A DNA stretch of 64,000 nucleotides from Lingula anatina (lineage: Eukaryota; Animalia; Brachiopoda): NCBI GenBank assembly GCA_051362555.1, contig CM120640.1:5270001-5334000 (forward strand), in the 5' to 3' direction. Each line of letters opens with the position of its first letter. Position 1 is the stretch's first letter. Position numbers and translations under genes: made by a program. Shown here piece after piece: positions 14,801 to 26,878 of the stretch. The notes below the pieces were generated by a model. It saw only the letters and a list, made by a program, of their open reading frames with translations. It was not told the DNA's origin and ran no database searches.

Positions 14801-17800
14801 TTGGTCCACTTTCACTTGATTGGGCTGTAGAAAAACATCATAGCCTATTAAACATGACAGAGTAAATTGGCATTGCTCACAGTTCACTGGAGTTGGTCCA
14901 ATTGGCGTTCAATAATTGGTGCATTTGACAGAAAATGTACCTAAACTCACTGCTTTGTAAATCAATGGGTGATAAAGCATTGTACCAAGGCTGCACTCTG
15001 TGTACATTTTCACTGGTTTCAACAACGAAGCACCTCTGTCCAGCCAGCTGCATGTGCTACAGCTTTTTTTTGCGATGTTGTTCCCCTCTCGCCCAATTTC
15101 TTGTTCTTTTATAGATCAATATCCTGGTATTCCATGCATTAAATGGGTATTTTGTAAAGAGGCCTGTGAAGATTTATGGCTTCAGGAGGTTTTCTTCTCA
15201 TGAGTGAAGAAAAATTCTGTCAATATTTGTTTTCTTTATATAAAGCATCCTCAGACAGAAGTCACTTTTGTGCATGTTTTTTATCAGATTCTGCCAAAAA
15301 AATTTACGCTCTGCTTATTAGATTTTCCAACAGTCTGTTTATTGAAATTGTTTAGGCAGTGCCCTGAATATGTCAGCGTCAAAGTGTTTGAAAATAGTCC
15401 TGCTTTTTTTCCTTTAATAACAGGGCAATTCTTCTTCAATAACAATGTTTTGAGTGCTTTTGCTTTTTTTCCCACTTAGTAGATATTATGTAATTTGTAT
15501 TGGGTTTCTTCAAAGTTAAGATATTTTTCAAATAGAAAAATCAATGTATTTTAAAAAAAACATAAATTTATGGTTGTTGTAACAGTCTCTTTCATTAAAA
15601 ATGTTACCTTACAAAATCAGGTGAATAAAACCTGTTTTGACTTATGATTTAAATAACATAAAAGGTGTCATTATTATTTAACAAATTTTTACATTTGACC
15701 AATTCATGTCTATAGTCTCAAGCACATAAAAGTTTTGAGTGAACAACATTCATACCATCCATATGATGTTCAATATGAAATACACAATGCTGGAATTACT
15801 TGAGCATTTTATAATCTCTTGGATGACTCTGACTCCAATCTCTATCCATGGATATAATTACATTTTCAATCAACATTCCACACTGTGTAAGTCACATAGG
15901 AATATTTTTAAAAAGTTGTGTCTGATTTCATAAAGAAGTTTTGCAAGATGTCTCCAAAATACAATATTGCAAGCTCTCTAACCAAGACAATGTACAATGG
16001 CTGAAAAGTTAGTGAAGGCAAAGAGTAAAGAGAAGTTGTTTTCTTGATTAAGGCCAGAACATGTATTCTAATAAATATGAGACTGAGAACAGAATATTAT
16101 TGTGCTAAAGAAGACATATATACCAGCATTTGTAAGGGATTACCGTTAAAACTCTGTAATGTATCAATGCCGCATTAATTTTGTAGTATGATTTTTTTGA
16201 TTGATCACCAGAAGCTAGGATACCACAAGGATGATACAAAGGAATCAAAACTTTAACATGTCAGGGACAATGCTTTGAGGCAGTATAATGTTGTGAAATG
16301 CCTTTGATTTATGATGAAAAACTCTAGCATTGTTTAAGTTTTAATTTTTTTTCCCTCTAATACACCCAGCATTCTACCAAGATGTAGTGTTATTGATTTG
16401 CCCCTGTCATCTCGTCCTTTCTTGTCTCTTAATAAAGTTTTGAAAGTTACTGGATTAAGTGTGTTAAAAAAAAAAAAAGAAGTTTTATGGATAATCTAGC
16501 AAGATGTTTGTTCTCAGATTATTTTTCTCATTATTGACAAAATGCTGTCATAAAAAAGTAAGCCCCTGATATCATACTTCCTTAGAGGATATAAAGAACT
16601 CTCCTACTGATCTCGGTTGCTTTACCTGTATTTCTGATCCTGTATACAGTATACTGTAAATCCTCGGATTGTTTAGTTCCCTGGTACAGCAGTGATTCCT
16701 TTGCTTACACAGGCTTTATTTTATGTGTGTATGAACTCTGGTCTTTCCCTCCTTAATACACACTTGCAAAAACAAAGAAATCCTGTTCCGCCTGTTGTTC
16801 TCAAAGAGACACTGGAGGTTTCGTATGCTGATGCTCAGATAACTTGCGCTAAATAGATATCAACTCACCTGTATCAGTAACATCTTTGCGGTGAACGTGT
16901 CATGGTTATATATGCAGCACAAGAGAAAAATGACTCGATATTGAATTGGGTAACAGGATAAAGACCATTCTGTTTTGTACTGTGTACATTGGAGATCCAC
17001 TCTGCCAAAAGTAGACTGAGATAATAACCTTGCTGAATTGAATCTGAAAAACATGTGATCTCTCTGGATTTTGGGAGTGGGTAATGTTTGCAGCATGTTG
17101 AGAATAGTTCAAAGGATAAAATATCATGCAAGATAAAAGGGTAATGATAAAAACAACCATCATCTATGATCTGGACTCACCTTTTGGTATAGAAACTAGT
17201 TTTATTTATTCCAGTTCTTATGCAACCATAAAACCAGCCAATATATCTTTAGGTAGCTAGGCATTGCCAAACTAATCTTTGTCCAGTCAGTTAATTCTTG
17301 TAGAAAAATCACAAAGTGTTTCGGATAGAAAGTTTTCTTGACTGTCAGACTCTGGCCTTCTGTCATGAAAACTCCAACCTGCAAGATATGTTGTATCTTC
17401 ATGAAACAATCTAGTGAAAGTGACTCCAGTGGCCTTTCTGTGTCACACTTGCACTATGAGGCTTCTCTGACACTGCCTATGGTAAGACTAGTCATTTCTC
17501 CTCCCCCATTCTGGTAGTTTTTTTTCACAGCACAAAGGGTGCAGACAGCTGTATTTTCCACATCTAAGAGTGCCTCTGACAGCTGTGAATGTGATGAGCT
17601 GGGCTACTTGCCAAAAGTTTCTACTATTCTTTATCCAGAATAGTAGAGTGTATGAATAGTGCAATCTTCTGATGTGTAGTATTTTGCTGAAAACCTTGGC
17701 TGCTCCTAGGTTGAATGTGAGCCTAACACCTGCATGTGAAACGAGTGAAGTGGAAAGCCACAGTCTAAGGTTGTGTTGGACCGTGTTTTACCCTTGGGTT

Positions 17801-20800
17801 ATTTTTCATCGTCTGGTATTGGAAATTGGTTAGATTTAGTTTTATTAAATGCATTGATTGACTGTTTGCTCTGACAGTTGATAGAGTAGTGAGATTAGAC
17901 TGATTTTGAAAGGTTTTGATTTGAAAGAGGAGGGTTGTTGGTAGATTAATACTGACAGGTAGTTGGAGAAAGTGGGTGGAGCCAGTAAGGGGATAGTTTG
18001 ACAGATGTCCCTTTAACAGTAGTGGAAAAGAAAGTAGAAAATATCCTAATACAAATGGAAAGATTCAAACATGCAGGTAGAAGAGAAAAGAGCAAGATGG
18101 TCCAGAGGAAAAAGGGTGGCCTTGAAAATTGAAAGAAGAGTTCAGTCACAGGTGTCAAAAAATCTTACATCAAAATTAGTCTGAACATGGGCTCCTATAA
18201 GTTTTTACTGACAAGGTTGCCTTTCTAAAGAGTCTTTAGCTTTTTTTTTTTTTTTTTTCTAAAAATTAAGCCCAAAGATCAAATTTTTCTGGTACCTTGG
18301 CAGGTTAAGTCATGCATTAAAACTTGAGGCTACTGACAGAGTCAACACAACATTGTTTCATTGATAGAGCACCTATAACATGGTGTGTGTGAGCTAGATT
18401 GATTGACCAAAAAATGCTTCATTATTTTTTACCTGAAGTTTTATTTGACATCAGTTTGCATGTGTTACATACATGTGGATAGTACCTTAAATATCTTCAT
18501 GATAGTAACTTTTACCCTGTAAAAAAAATTAACTTGTTACTGTTTTTAAATGTAGTCAAGTATTAACTGGATGATTTTTTCCATTTGTTGTTGAAAAGGG
18601 TCAACAAATTATGTAGTTTGCCACAGATTTATTTTCTCCATGGTAACGTAATTATTACTATGTGGCTACAGCTAACATTTAGAAGCCTGGTAGGATTTCT
18701 GTTAAGATTTAACCACCAGCAGGTTGATCTTACAAAGTGGAATATCTCAGTTTAGACATACTAGTTTAACCTTAAAAGTGTGTGTGTGGGTGTTTGACTG
18801 GGTGGGTGGTTGAAACGGAACCTGGGGAGAGTTTTCACAAAAGAACTGAAGTTGACAGTTAACCTTCATTTAAAGACAAAGTTTTTTCAGATAATTTGAC
18901 CTAGTAGTTATTCACCAAAAACAGAATTGTAGAGCAAATGACAGATCCATAGCTAGCAATTATAGAAGGGGGGTTCTTTTTCTGAAAAAGTGGACCTTTT
19001 ACCATGAAACCTTTTTGTACCTAGATAAAATGTTACCCACAGGGGACCTTTTCTCGGCAAAAAAAGGTAGGGGGTCGAAAGACCCCCCAAACCCACCTAG
19101 TTATGGGCCAGAATGATTAGTCTTCTATAGTTGACTTCTATCCTTTCATCCTGTATGGAGATAGACCAGAGAATTGTCATAAAGTGAAGACCAGCTTTCA
19201 ACTTAACTTCTTTTCTGAAACTGGATCTGGAACCAGAGTGAGTGGTGAGAAGGTATCCCTGCTGGCAATAGGAAATATTTTTTCATAAAGGTATGGAAAA
19301 AGAGAAACCCCAAAATCTAAGGAGGGCCCCTGAACCTGTATATTGACTAGAGTTATTTTCCTTTTATGCAGTTCTGTGATAAGAAATTACGAAATGAAGA
19401 ATTTGTCTGTGTGCATTCATGTGTCTTTATTAGCCTATATCTCATATATCAAAAAGGAAGACAAGCAGACTGTTTGCCCGAATTTTATGAAACTGGAACC
19501 TGTGTTGTCAGTTTCATAATGTAAATGCTGAAGTTATTCATTGGTTCAGATCTAGAATTGAAGGGTAAGAGATTATCCCTGGTAATTTTCAGAAATATTT
19601 TTCTCTGTAATACTTTAAGTATGCGCCAAAATTAAACCCCCAAAAATCTAAGGAGACTCCCTGAACCTGTATCTTGACTCCAATTGTTTTTCTTCATTTG
19701 CAATTTTGTGAGAAGGAACAATGAAATGATGAATTTCTCTATCTGGATGCATTTATGTGTCTTTATTAACCTCTTTCTCATGTATCAAAAAGGAAGACAA
19801 CCAGACTGTTTGCCCAATTTTCTTGAAACTGAAACCTGTATTGTCAGTTTAATGTTAAATGTTATGGTTATTCATTGGTTCAGAAATTGGAATAATTTCA
19901 AGAATAGATTTCAACCTATGGATATTGCTGTGCATTAATTTATACTTAGTTTTAGGGAAGTCCAAATGAAATTTCACCATATCAAAAGCATGTAAACTGG
20001 ATATGTCATGTAAAGTGATAAAAAAATTAGTGCACTGATTAAATAGGATGATCGCAAATTAATGTTAATAATATAAAAATGGCAAAATTTCTTGTATTCA
20101 TAAAAATTAAAGATAATCATGCAAATCTTTGTATTGCTTTCAGTAGTGTTTTCATCACCTAAAACATTTGTTTTCATTTCATAAAACAAACACATACCTG
20201 TCCTGTTCTTATTATTTAAAACATTGCCAGCCAGCATAAAACAAGTGGTTCTAGATGTACATAATCCTTGAGCATATTCTTGCCCTGCTCTATCACAAAA
20301 CACACGGCTAATATTTAATATATGTCATGGGGGTCATTAGATTGTGCCCCACCACCCCAGGGGCTTCACCCTAGACTCTGCCCCATCCATAGAGGTCCAG
20401 TTAGCTGCACCTGTACAAATACTGTCCTGTGGCTTAATATTGGAACTTTGTGTTAAAACATTAATAGTACTTTGACCAGACACTCAGGCAGGGTATATCT
20501 ATAGGCCTATAGACATAACTGGCAGCCATCACTTGATACTCTGTTATACAACATGCTTGACACATTTATAGTAATCATTAGTATAATTTGTGGTATTAAT
20601 TCCTAGAATGACACTATTGAATATGGTCAGTGTGATGTTATTTTCAGTACCATGCTTAGTTCATCTGCGCTGAAGATATTAGAAAAAGGCTAGGTACATG
20701 TAGCAGGAAATGCTTCTTTTTTACTAGATTTTTTTAATTTATAGTGCTATGTTTTTTCCTTTACCTTATCATCCACAATCATTGGTGTTATTTTTCTGGA

Positions 20801-23800
20801 CTATTTTTGCTTGACATTTTTATTGAGAAAAAAATTCTCACAACCTAAAGGCCTCCATTTTCGTTATAACAAGCTTAAAACCATTTCCCAGACAAAGCCA
20901 TGAAGCTGTACATAGTGGGCGTATGAAGTGGTTCAGATCCTGTTCATGTTATTAATTTAATTACATTGATTCAGTTTACCTTTATTTTCCTCCCTTTTTC
21001 TGCTCTGACACAGTTGCTACATTTTTTTTAATTCAGTTATTTCAACAGAGGATTGATATCTTTGTCTTTAGCTATTACTTTAATTACTGAAATCTCCCAG
21101 TCTTAATTGACTAATTCCACCTTTGTCCAAGGATACTTGCTATTTAGGAAAGGAAAAATACTTATATTTTTTTTAATCAAATGACCAGTAATGGTCATTT
21201 TGATGATACTTATGACATGTTAGATTAAAAGAAGCAACATATTCCCATGCTCAGAAAAATTCAGTAGTAGATTGCAGACTTGCTTATTTATAACTCAGCC
21301 TTGGTTTTTTTATCTTTATTTTAATGATTTAAATTATTTTCTATTTGGCATTCATTGTTTACCTTTGCTAAGGCTGTTACTTGCTTTGTTGTTGATTTTT
21401 TTCTTCATGCTTGCTTCTGTCTGATTGCAATTTCATTTATCATATATCTTCATCTTCTTATAGAAATAAACTGGTAGCACATTCAGTTCTCTTCATGTTT
21501 TTCACATATTTTTTCCACTTTTCTTCTCTCTCCAGTGGAGGTGCCTCATTAGTATCAAACCATAAAGGATGTGACGGAGACAAATACCTAGCAATGTGTT
21601 GCTTAGCAATTATGACATGTTAATGTAAAGCTCCCTGACCACATATAACTAGCCATTCCTTACTTTACCTCGGCTCATTACGTCTGTTTTCTAGAAAAAT
21701 CAAAACTGGGTAATAACATATTCTGATAAATATGAGGTACTAACCATTTTGCATGTGTTCTTCTTTCTGAATTGAAACCAGGATTGCAATACTTGGAATC
21801 TATGATTCATCCCAAACTGATGGTATGACCTGGTCTTGTTGGATAGGAGAAAACCAGATTTTCTTAATGTATTGTCAGTAATTATGCTTGGTTTACTCAA
21901 CCTTAAATTCTGTTATTTGTAGCTGGCTTCCAGTAGAAGGCCTGGTATTCAAAGCCAAAAGAAACACTCCTGTTTTTGCACACTGTTTACCCAACATATC
22001 AGATTTATACCTTTACATGTATTGTTCTGCTAAGCATCTCCTGTACATTTTTTTGCTTTCTTTACTCATTTTGATCCTGCACATATTTGTATGCATTTAA
22101 AATGTGCAGGGAGGCGTAAATGAGTCCTTTTTTTCTTCACATTTTCAGAGTTACCATCGTGTAGTGTTCTGTTAAACACCCTTTTAGTACTGTTCTAAAA
22201 CAGGCCTCTTCAAAGAGGGGAAAAACTGGTCTTTATTTGAACAACTTGAACAAAGAAGACTTATTATTTGATAAGAGTACATCACCACCTAACTTTGCAG
22301 TCTGTTGTACATTATACACAGAAACGAGATGCAAGTACTAACTTATAGGAATAATCTGATGGCTTATATGAGGCTTATTGCTCTGCCAGACATCATAAAA
22401 GAGTAGAAATGTGCAAGAATCCGTGAAAGGTGGGCAAAACATCATTTAAGTAACACCTAAAACATGTTGAAATTGTACTGTTGTGCAATAGACTTGTTCA
22501 ACAGAATTTTAGAGGAAACAACTAGAAAAAATGTGTGGGCAAGTTTTATCAGTTTTTTATTATTATTATTGCAGCACCACACTCCCAGGTCTGCTCCAAT
22601 TCTGCTGAGAGTCCCTTGATTTTATCAAAACTCCAAGAATTTGGACCACTTAAGATGATCCTGTTAAGAAACAAAATTCTTACAGAATTCAAAGAAGGTG
22701 CAGAGAGAAATGAAATGTCTTCCCTCTGCTATGGAACAGTGTGATTTTTATCTGTTCATATAAGAAATTTAAAAGTATGATTCATTTGTATTTTTGTGGA
22801 TAGCACACCTTTTCAGGTCACTAATTTCAGGTTTTCTGCTGTGTTATATCTGTGTGATAATTTACACTGTGCAGATAATTTCCTTTCGGGGTTACCTGAT
22901 GCTTTTTCAAATGTTATTATCTCCGTTCAATTTCCTACTTAATTATATGTGCTTTCACTTGAAAAATTGAACAAATCGTGGACTTTAACTTGTCAATATT
23001 TAGATATTTAGATAGATCTTCACCCAATTACACTCAACCATTCACACAAATATGCTCTTGACTTTTTCATTATCATCCATGTATGTTTTTAAATACTCCC
23101 ATTGACTAAAGTTGGAGATGTATAGTACTAGATTTAGTAACTTGCATGTTTGTACATATGATGGCAGTGATAATGTGAAAGCCATCCTTCTCACTTCTCT
23201 CCTTGTCATTTACACAACCATGATTTTATCATGATGGGTTTGTAACAGCATCTTCTGGTTTTGTTTCATGTGAATGTTCAGTGTAATTCAATATGTAATG
23301 AAGTCCATGATAAATTTTAACTGGTTTGATAAACCAGTTGCAAATTACTTTCTAAATAAATTCGTAAAGCCAAGCAAGGACGTATAAGATAAACATCCTT
23401 GAGCCAAGTAAATTGGTTTCTAGATATTGTATGTAGTACTGTTTTTGTTGTTTTTGTTTTATTTCACAGATTGACAATCATTCACTGCTCAACCAACAGA
23501 TTGACCTTTGGATATTCAACCTGATGATGCTCTTGATATGAGTGAAATGTAGCTTTTTTCATGAAAATTTGTTCCAAAGTTAATCAGTGATTCTCATCAC
23601 CAAACACTGTACTTATAACAAGTAAGAAATGTTGTTTTTGAACCATTGCCTACAGTTCACTTTCCTCTTTCCAGTGGTGGGAACAATGCCCCTCTGTTAA
23701 CTGGGGATGACTGGTCAGGATGGGAGGATGAGTGGGGAGAGGGAGGTGCCAATCACAGCCAGGATGACCAGAGACTGACCTCCAGTCAAGATGACGGCTG

Positions 23801-24134
23801 GGGATCCTGGAATGACGAGGACAGTAAGAACACTGCCTCTAGGGAGGACGGCTGGCAAACGGAAGACTGGGGGGCACCCATTGACACAAAACCCAAGTCG
23901 TCTCCAAGTAAGACGAAAGGCAAGGCTAAAAACAAGGAGTCCAAGAGTAAAAAGACAAGAGAACCTGCAACTGCTAATTTGATTGACTTTGGAGATGCCA
24001 CAGCCACTAATGGCAGCAGTGATGCTAACCCTAATATGGGGTGGGATAATGAAGTGTGGGCTAATGATGATGACGCTTGGGAAGCACTGGAAGTGGACAC
24101 AAGTAGTAAAAGCAAGCTGAAAAAGGGAGATTGA
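2168..24134 (+). CDS. ARFGAP1: ADP-ribosylation factor GTPase-activating protein 1, 3' coding exons only (the GAP domain lies upstream of the window)
   Basis: Exons are 2168-2227 (VSDGHLLDNVSSSVGNFATK), 2956-3015 (VKDGSILNEMSTGMSSLASK), 5915-6063 (ISSASTKGWKDINQMFS...) and 23675-24134 (Trp/acidic tail, ...GWDNEVW...KKGD*). All have AG/GT boundaries and compatible phases (0,0,2). They match the recalled human ArfGAP1 segment VKEGKIFDDVSSGVSQLASK|VQGVGSKGWRDVTTFFS and the C-terminal GWDN motif. Confidence 0.85.
3679..4998. repeat. ~150-bp near-identical direct repeat pair (3679-3827 and 4848-4998) in an ARFGAP1 intron
   Basis: Both copies run TAAGCAGTAATGAATATAT...GTTCTGATACTCTTT, with only a few differences. 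Confidence 0.9.
7589..10081 (-). CDS. Type I membrane protein with signal peptide, LRRNT, ~20 LRRs, LRRCT, FN3, TM helix and short basic tail (chaoptin/FLRT/Fish-lips-like architecture); nested in the ARFGAP1 intron
   Basis: 830-aa uninterrupted ORF with a hydrophobic N-terminus, CPVPEPCVC (LRRNT), repeated LxxLxLxxNxI, NPLQCDCGLAWL (LRRCT), LSW...GYKITY...YNITGLTPGHHYLVCV (FN3), TM FLYMCIALVVVCVALTAVLMVMCC, and tail KWRRKKKKDVLTKV. Confidence 0.92.
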   Translation of the reverse strand: MIYFDSIPASSMWRHVILIFYLTTLLSNTATASKCPVPEPCVCQKRVTDKGVEAWVINCQRKRISPFVPQLQLTSNNVVDVLDLSHNIITHVRNSPFMGLQLQKLDLSYNIELTLSGSAFTGLEDYIEEISIDHCGIQEIPQRTFQNLRKLQRLSMSYNCFHTISGNAFINTNLTLLSMTKNCIDTIDPLAFVSLENSLEHLYLSNNGIKLMPFGALSRLNNIKVLDLSGNKIKGVYFKQNLTHAGLKSLVSLSLDGNQITAIFVGTFQLLESLQHLNLDHNKITSISPMAFHGPRQLKHIYLHNNQIRTLPTTAFYGTETSLQHLSLGKNLLDCKVFDSLESLEVLQSLHLQSNLIDRVPKDGMGRYDKIVMTLNLANNKLDKLPRRFLATFKQLKELDLSQNNMSSIVFEPPGEHSYQLIKLKLTGMGLKALPAGLVHLVNLQELYVAHNLLASIPQSLWTSLSKLRKLDLSDNIFEQIPVEFLQNHQLLSEIKMSNNKLRAVPAYVFKNQSQLKTLALKGNEIQLLEPRSFYGLENSLTSLDINHNNLKQLPQCIFERLSKLSVFSYSHNPLQCDCGLAWLVAYPDTRARCVTQVGGRNRVRKVSSFIVHRCKYSDNASRCNSTTTTIMQSATVSPSKTFDTGPWKGFSLAPEEKSEQRREPNYPHKDASTVYLASPGAIVDSSKLSLQVLPHSSYSHLSWKVHGAYLAETQGYKITYRLFGEKEVRGYLLDGNTITQYNITGLTPGHHYLVCVTTRTRKPPSYHACEEVVTGSGSYGSLSGLSHHRYTFLYMCIALVVVCVALTAVLMVMCCKWRRKKKKDVLTKV
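11813..11864. repeat. Poly-T tract (~50 nt)
   Basis: Directly visible homopolymer. Confidence 0.95.
19254..19883. repeat. Diverged tandem duplication of a ~300-bp unit (19254-19549 and 19573-19883)
   Basis: Shared blocks AAACCCC(C)AAAATCTAAGGAG, CCTGAACCTGTAT, TATCAAAAAGGAAGACAA, CAGACTGTTTGCCC and TTATTCATTGGTTCAGA occur in the same order in both copies. Confidence 0.85.
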
Positions 24135-24404
24135 TGATAAAAAAAACACTGGTGCATTCATCTAGCATGTAATTTATGATTAGACTTAAGGAACTTGTAA
24201 TTATTATGTAAGTTCCAGGCCAAAAAAGGGCTGTAACTAGCTAATGAACTGGTTAAACATGTGCCTGGAAAATTGAAAAAAAAAATGGCTGCTTCATTGT
24301 GTAACCTCATGCTTTTGCAGAAGAAAACTATATGTATAGATCAATTTTTCACAGATAAAATGCATGCAATTGCCATATTTAGGTATTACAATTCCCAATC
24401 AAAA

Positions 24405-24466
24405 TATTTTAACTATCTTGAACTTAAGCTTGTAATATTTTAACTATCTTGAACTTAAGCTTGTAA
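24405..24466. repeat. 31-bp tandem duplication in the ARFGAP1 3' UTR
   Basis: ATTTTTAACTATCTTGAACTTAAGCTTGTAA occurs twice in tandem. Confidence 0.9.
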
Positions 24467-26878
24467 GCTCCCAGTTTAATTTACAACATTGCATAAAAGC
24501 TGGTTTGATTCCAGTGTGGTTCATGTTGATCCTCAAAATTCTCCTTTTACAACCCACGCAAATAAGAGAGTATTTAAAATTAGCAGAATTTACAGATAGC
24601 CCCATTAAATATGTTTTAACAAGTTCCATGAGCAACTGCATGTGGCTTGTGGTTACCCTAATTTTATATATTACTGTACTTTTCATCATTATTCTTATTA
24701 ATAAGCCAAACAAAAAAAAAAATCAAAATTAGAATGTAATGGGCATTTTTGGCTTTATTTTCACTTGTGAAGAAAATGCTGATTAAATATATCCTGCATT
24801 TAGTCATGGGCTCAAAATACAAATTGAAGGGCTGTTCCGTGTAATAGTCTAGGTATAGTTATCTTATTAGTCAACATGTACTGGCACACTAGTGTTGTAA
24901 TATTGTCACAGTAAATACAGTATTAACTAATTGAAAAAAATTTAGTCTTGGGTAAAAATCAGTGAAGTACATGTATATTATTTGATGTTCTCAAACTTAT
25001 ATGATTGTATATGTTATGATATAACTGAAGGGTCTCAAGTTTACTTATAATATACAAGTCCATCTTTTCAAGCCCATGTCATTCCAAATGAAATATGTAC
25101 AGAGTATATCTAAGAACTATTTTGGTGACAATTTTTAAAGTATATAATAAAGTTACGACATATAAGACTGTAAATATTACAATTTCAGGTGCAAGGTTTG
25201 GCTTCATAAAACTGGGAAAAGTGTTACATGATAGCACTTATATTGGTAAAAATAAAATTGACCAATATATTTGAAACAGGGTGTATTTTGCAGTTTCTGT
25301 TGTTACTATATAAAACCAGAACATAAATTAGAGGATTACGCCAATGGAGAAAACCTTACCAACTTAAGGACCCTGTAAATCGTGTAACTAGGGGTGCTAT
25401 TCCATTACAATAGATTGAATTCATTTCAGTTTCTACTTGCAGATGTGGCATTAAAATAAGGACCATCTTGAAAAGCTGTCACAATTTCATAAAACACCAA
25501 ACAGAATAAATATTTAACATAAAAATGAGTGTTGCTATAGATTTGATGTATTGCAATTCAAGGGCTTTGAATTGGCTTTGAGTCCATCAAGTTGCCAATA
25601 AATGTCGGCCATGTTGAATTATTTAAATGTGGTACTACCTGTAGATCACAATAAGTTTTATTTGGCTATGTGATTTTTCAAAGCTCATCAGTAAAATTTA
25701 ATCAAAAATCATTTTGCACCATTGGTGACATGGTTCATTGGTATTTATTCAGTATTTGATGGACACTACCACTATACCAAAGAACGGTTGAACGTGGCAG
25801 TCTTTACATGCAGCTTATGTATCACCAGCTGCCATGTCGTGGTAACCATACACTTGTTACCAGGACAACAAAAAGACACTTGTTTTTGTTTGTTTTTTTT
25901 CTGGATTTTCTCACATGGCTAAAGTGGCTTTTATTCAAAGATGGGTACGATTGCTGGTTAAGTATCAATGTAAACTAGAAAAGTACAGACCTCTGACAAG
26001 GTACTGCAATTCTTGTTTTAATTAACTAATTATTAATTAATGGAGCACCACCAAAATCTAATCATTTGTTTATTTGCCAACTCCTTGTCAGTAGCTAACA
26101 TACAGACAAATAATTTATGAATTGTTGGATCACCATTAATATGTTTGTCATTTTGTCTTCCCTTGTTGTTTTCTGAAAATTTATCAAAATCTTATCAATT
26201 TTTCCATTATGTTGGTAACAGACAAACAGAACCTCCCATCCAAAAAAAAAAACTTTGGCAGCGGTTTAAACTCAGAACTCTGTATATTAGTGTCACTGGT
26301 CTTTTGGACCTGCCAAGACACTTTTGCTGGCTGGCATACCTTACAAAAAACAAGTAGATTAGATTGGGAGTCTCAAGTTTTACTCATACATGCTACAGCT
26401 ACCTGGGTTGACCACCATGATAAAGAGTAAAGAATAACAAAATCAAGTTACAGGTATGACATTTTATTGAAAACATTACAATATTAAAACAACGTTTCAT
26501 TTTAAATTTCATTTGACATTTTAAAAGAGGTTTTCCTGCCTTGTGTGCCCACACACACAACCACATGTCAGACTTCCTTCCGTTCAAAATTCATCTAGCT
26601 TAATAACACCGATGTCACACAGGAAAGGATGCAGCAACCATGCCTACTTGAAACTGTAGCAACCACTCGTTTTGAAACAATAGCGACCGCTTGTTTACCA
26701 CATAAACCTCCATTCCCAAGGCAATAAATATACTTCATCAAAGCTGTAAATCCTCATCTCCCAAAACTTCCTCTCATTTGGTATTAACAGATATACTTTC
26801 ATTTGCAAAGCACGTTTGTTAAAAGGTTCTTTAGTGTTATTAATTGGTGTATTTTGCCACTGTTCCTTGCAATTAATT

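Noticed and set aside
23715-24161. Minus-strand ORFs of 148 and 123 aa
   Set aside because: Antisense shadows of the ARFGAP1 last exon.
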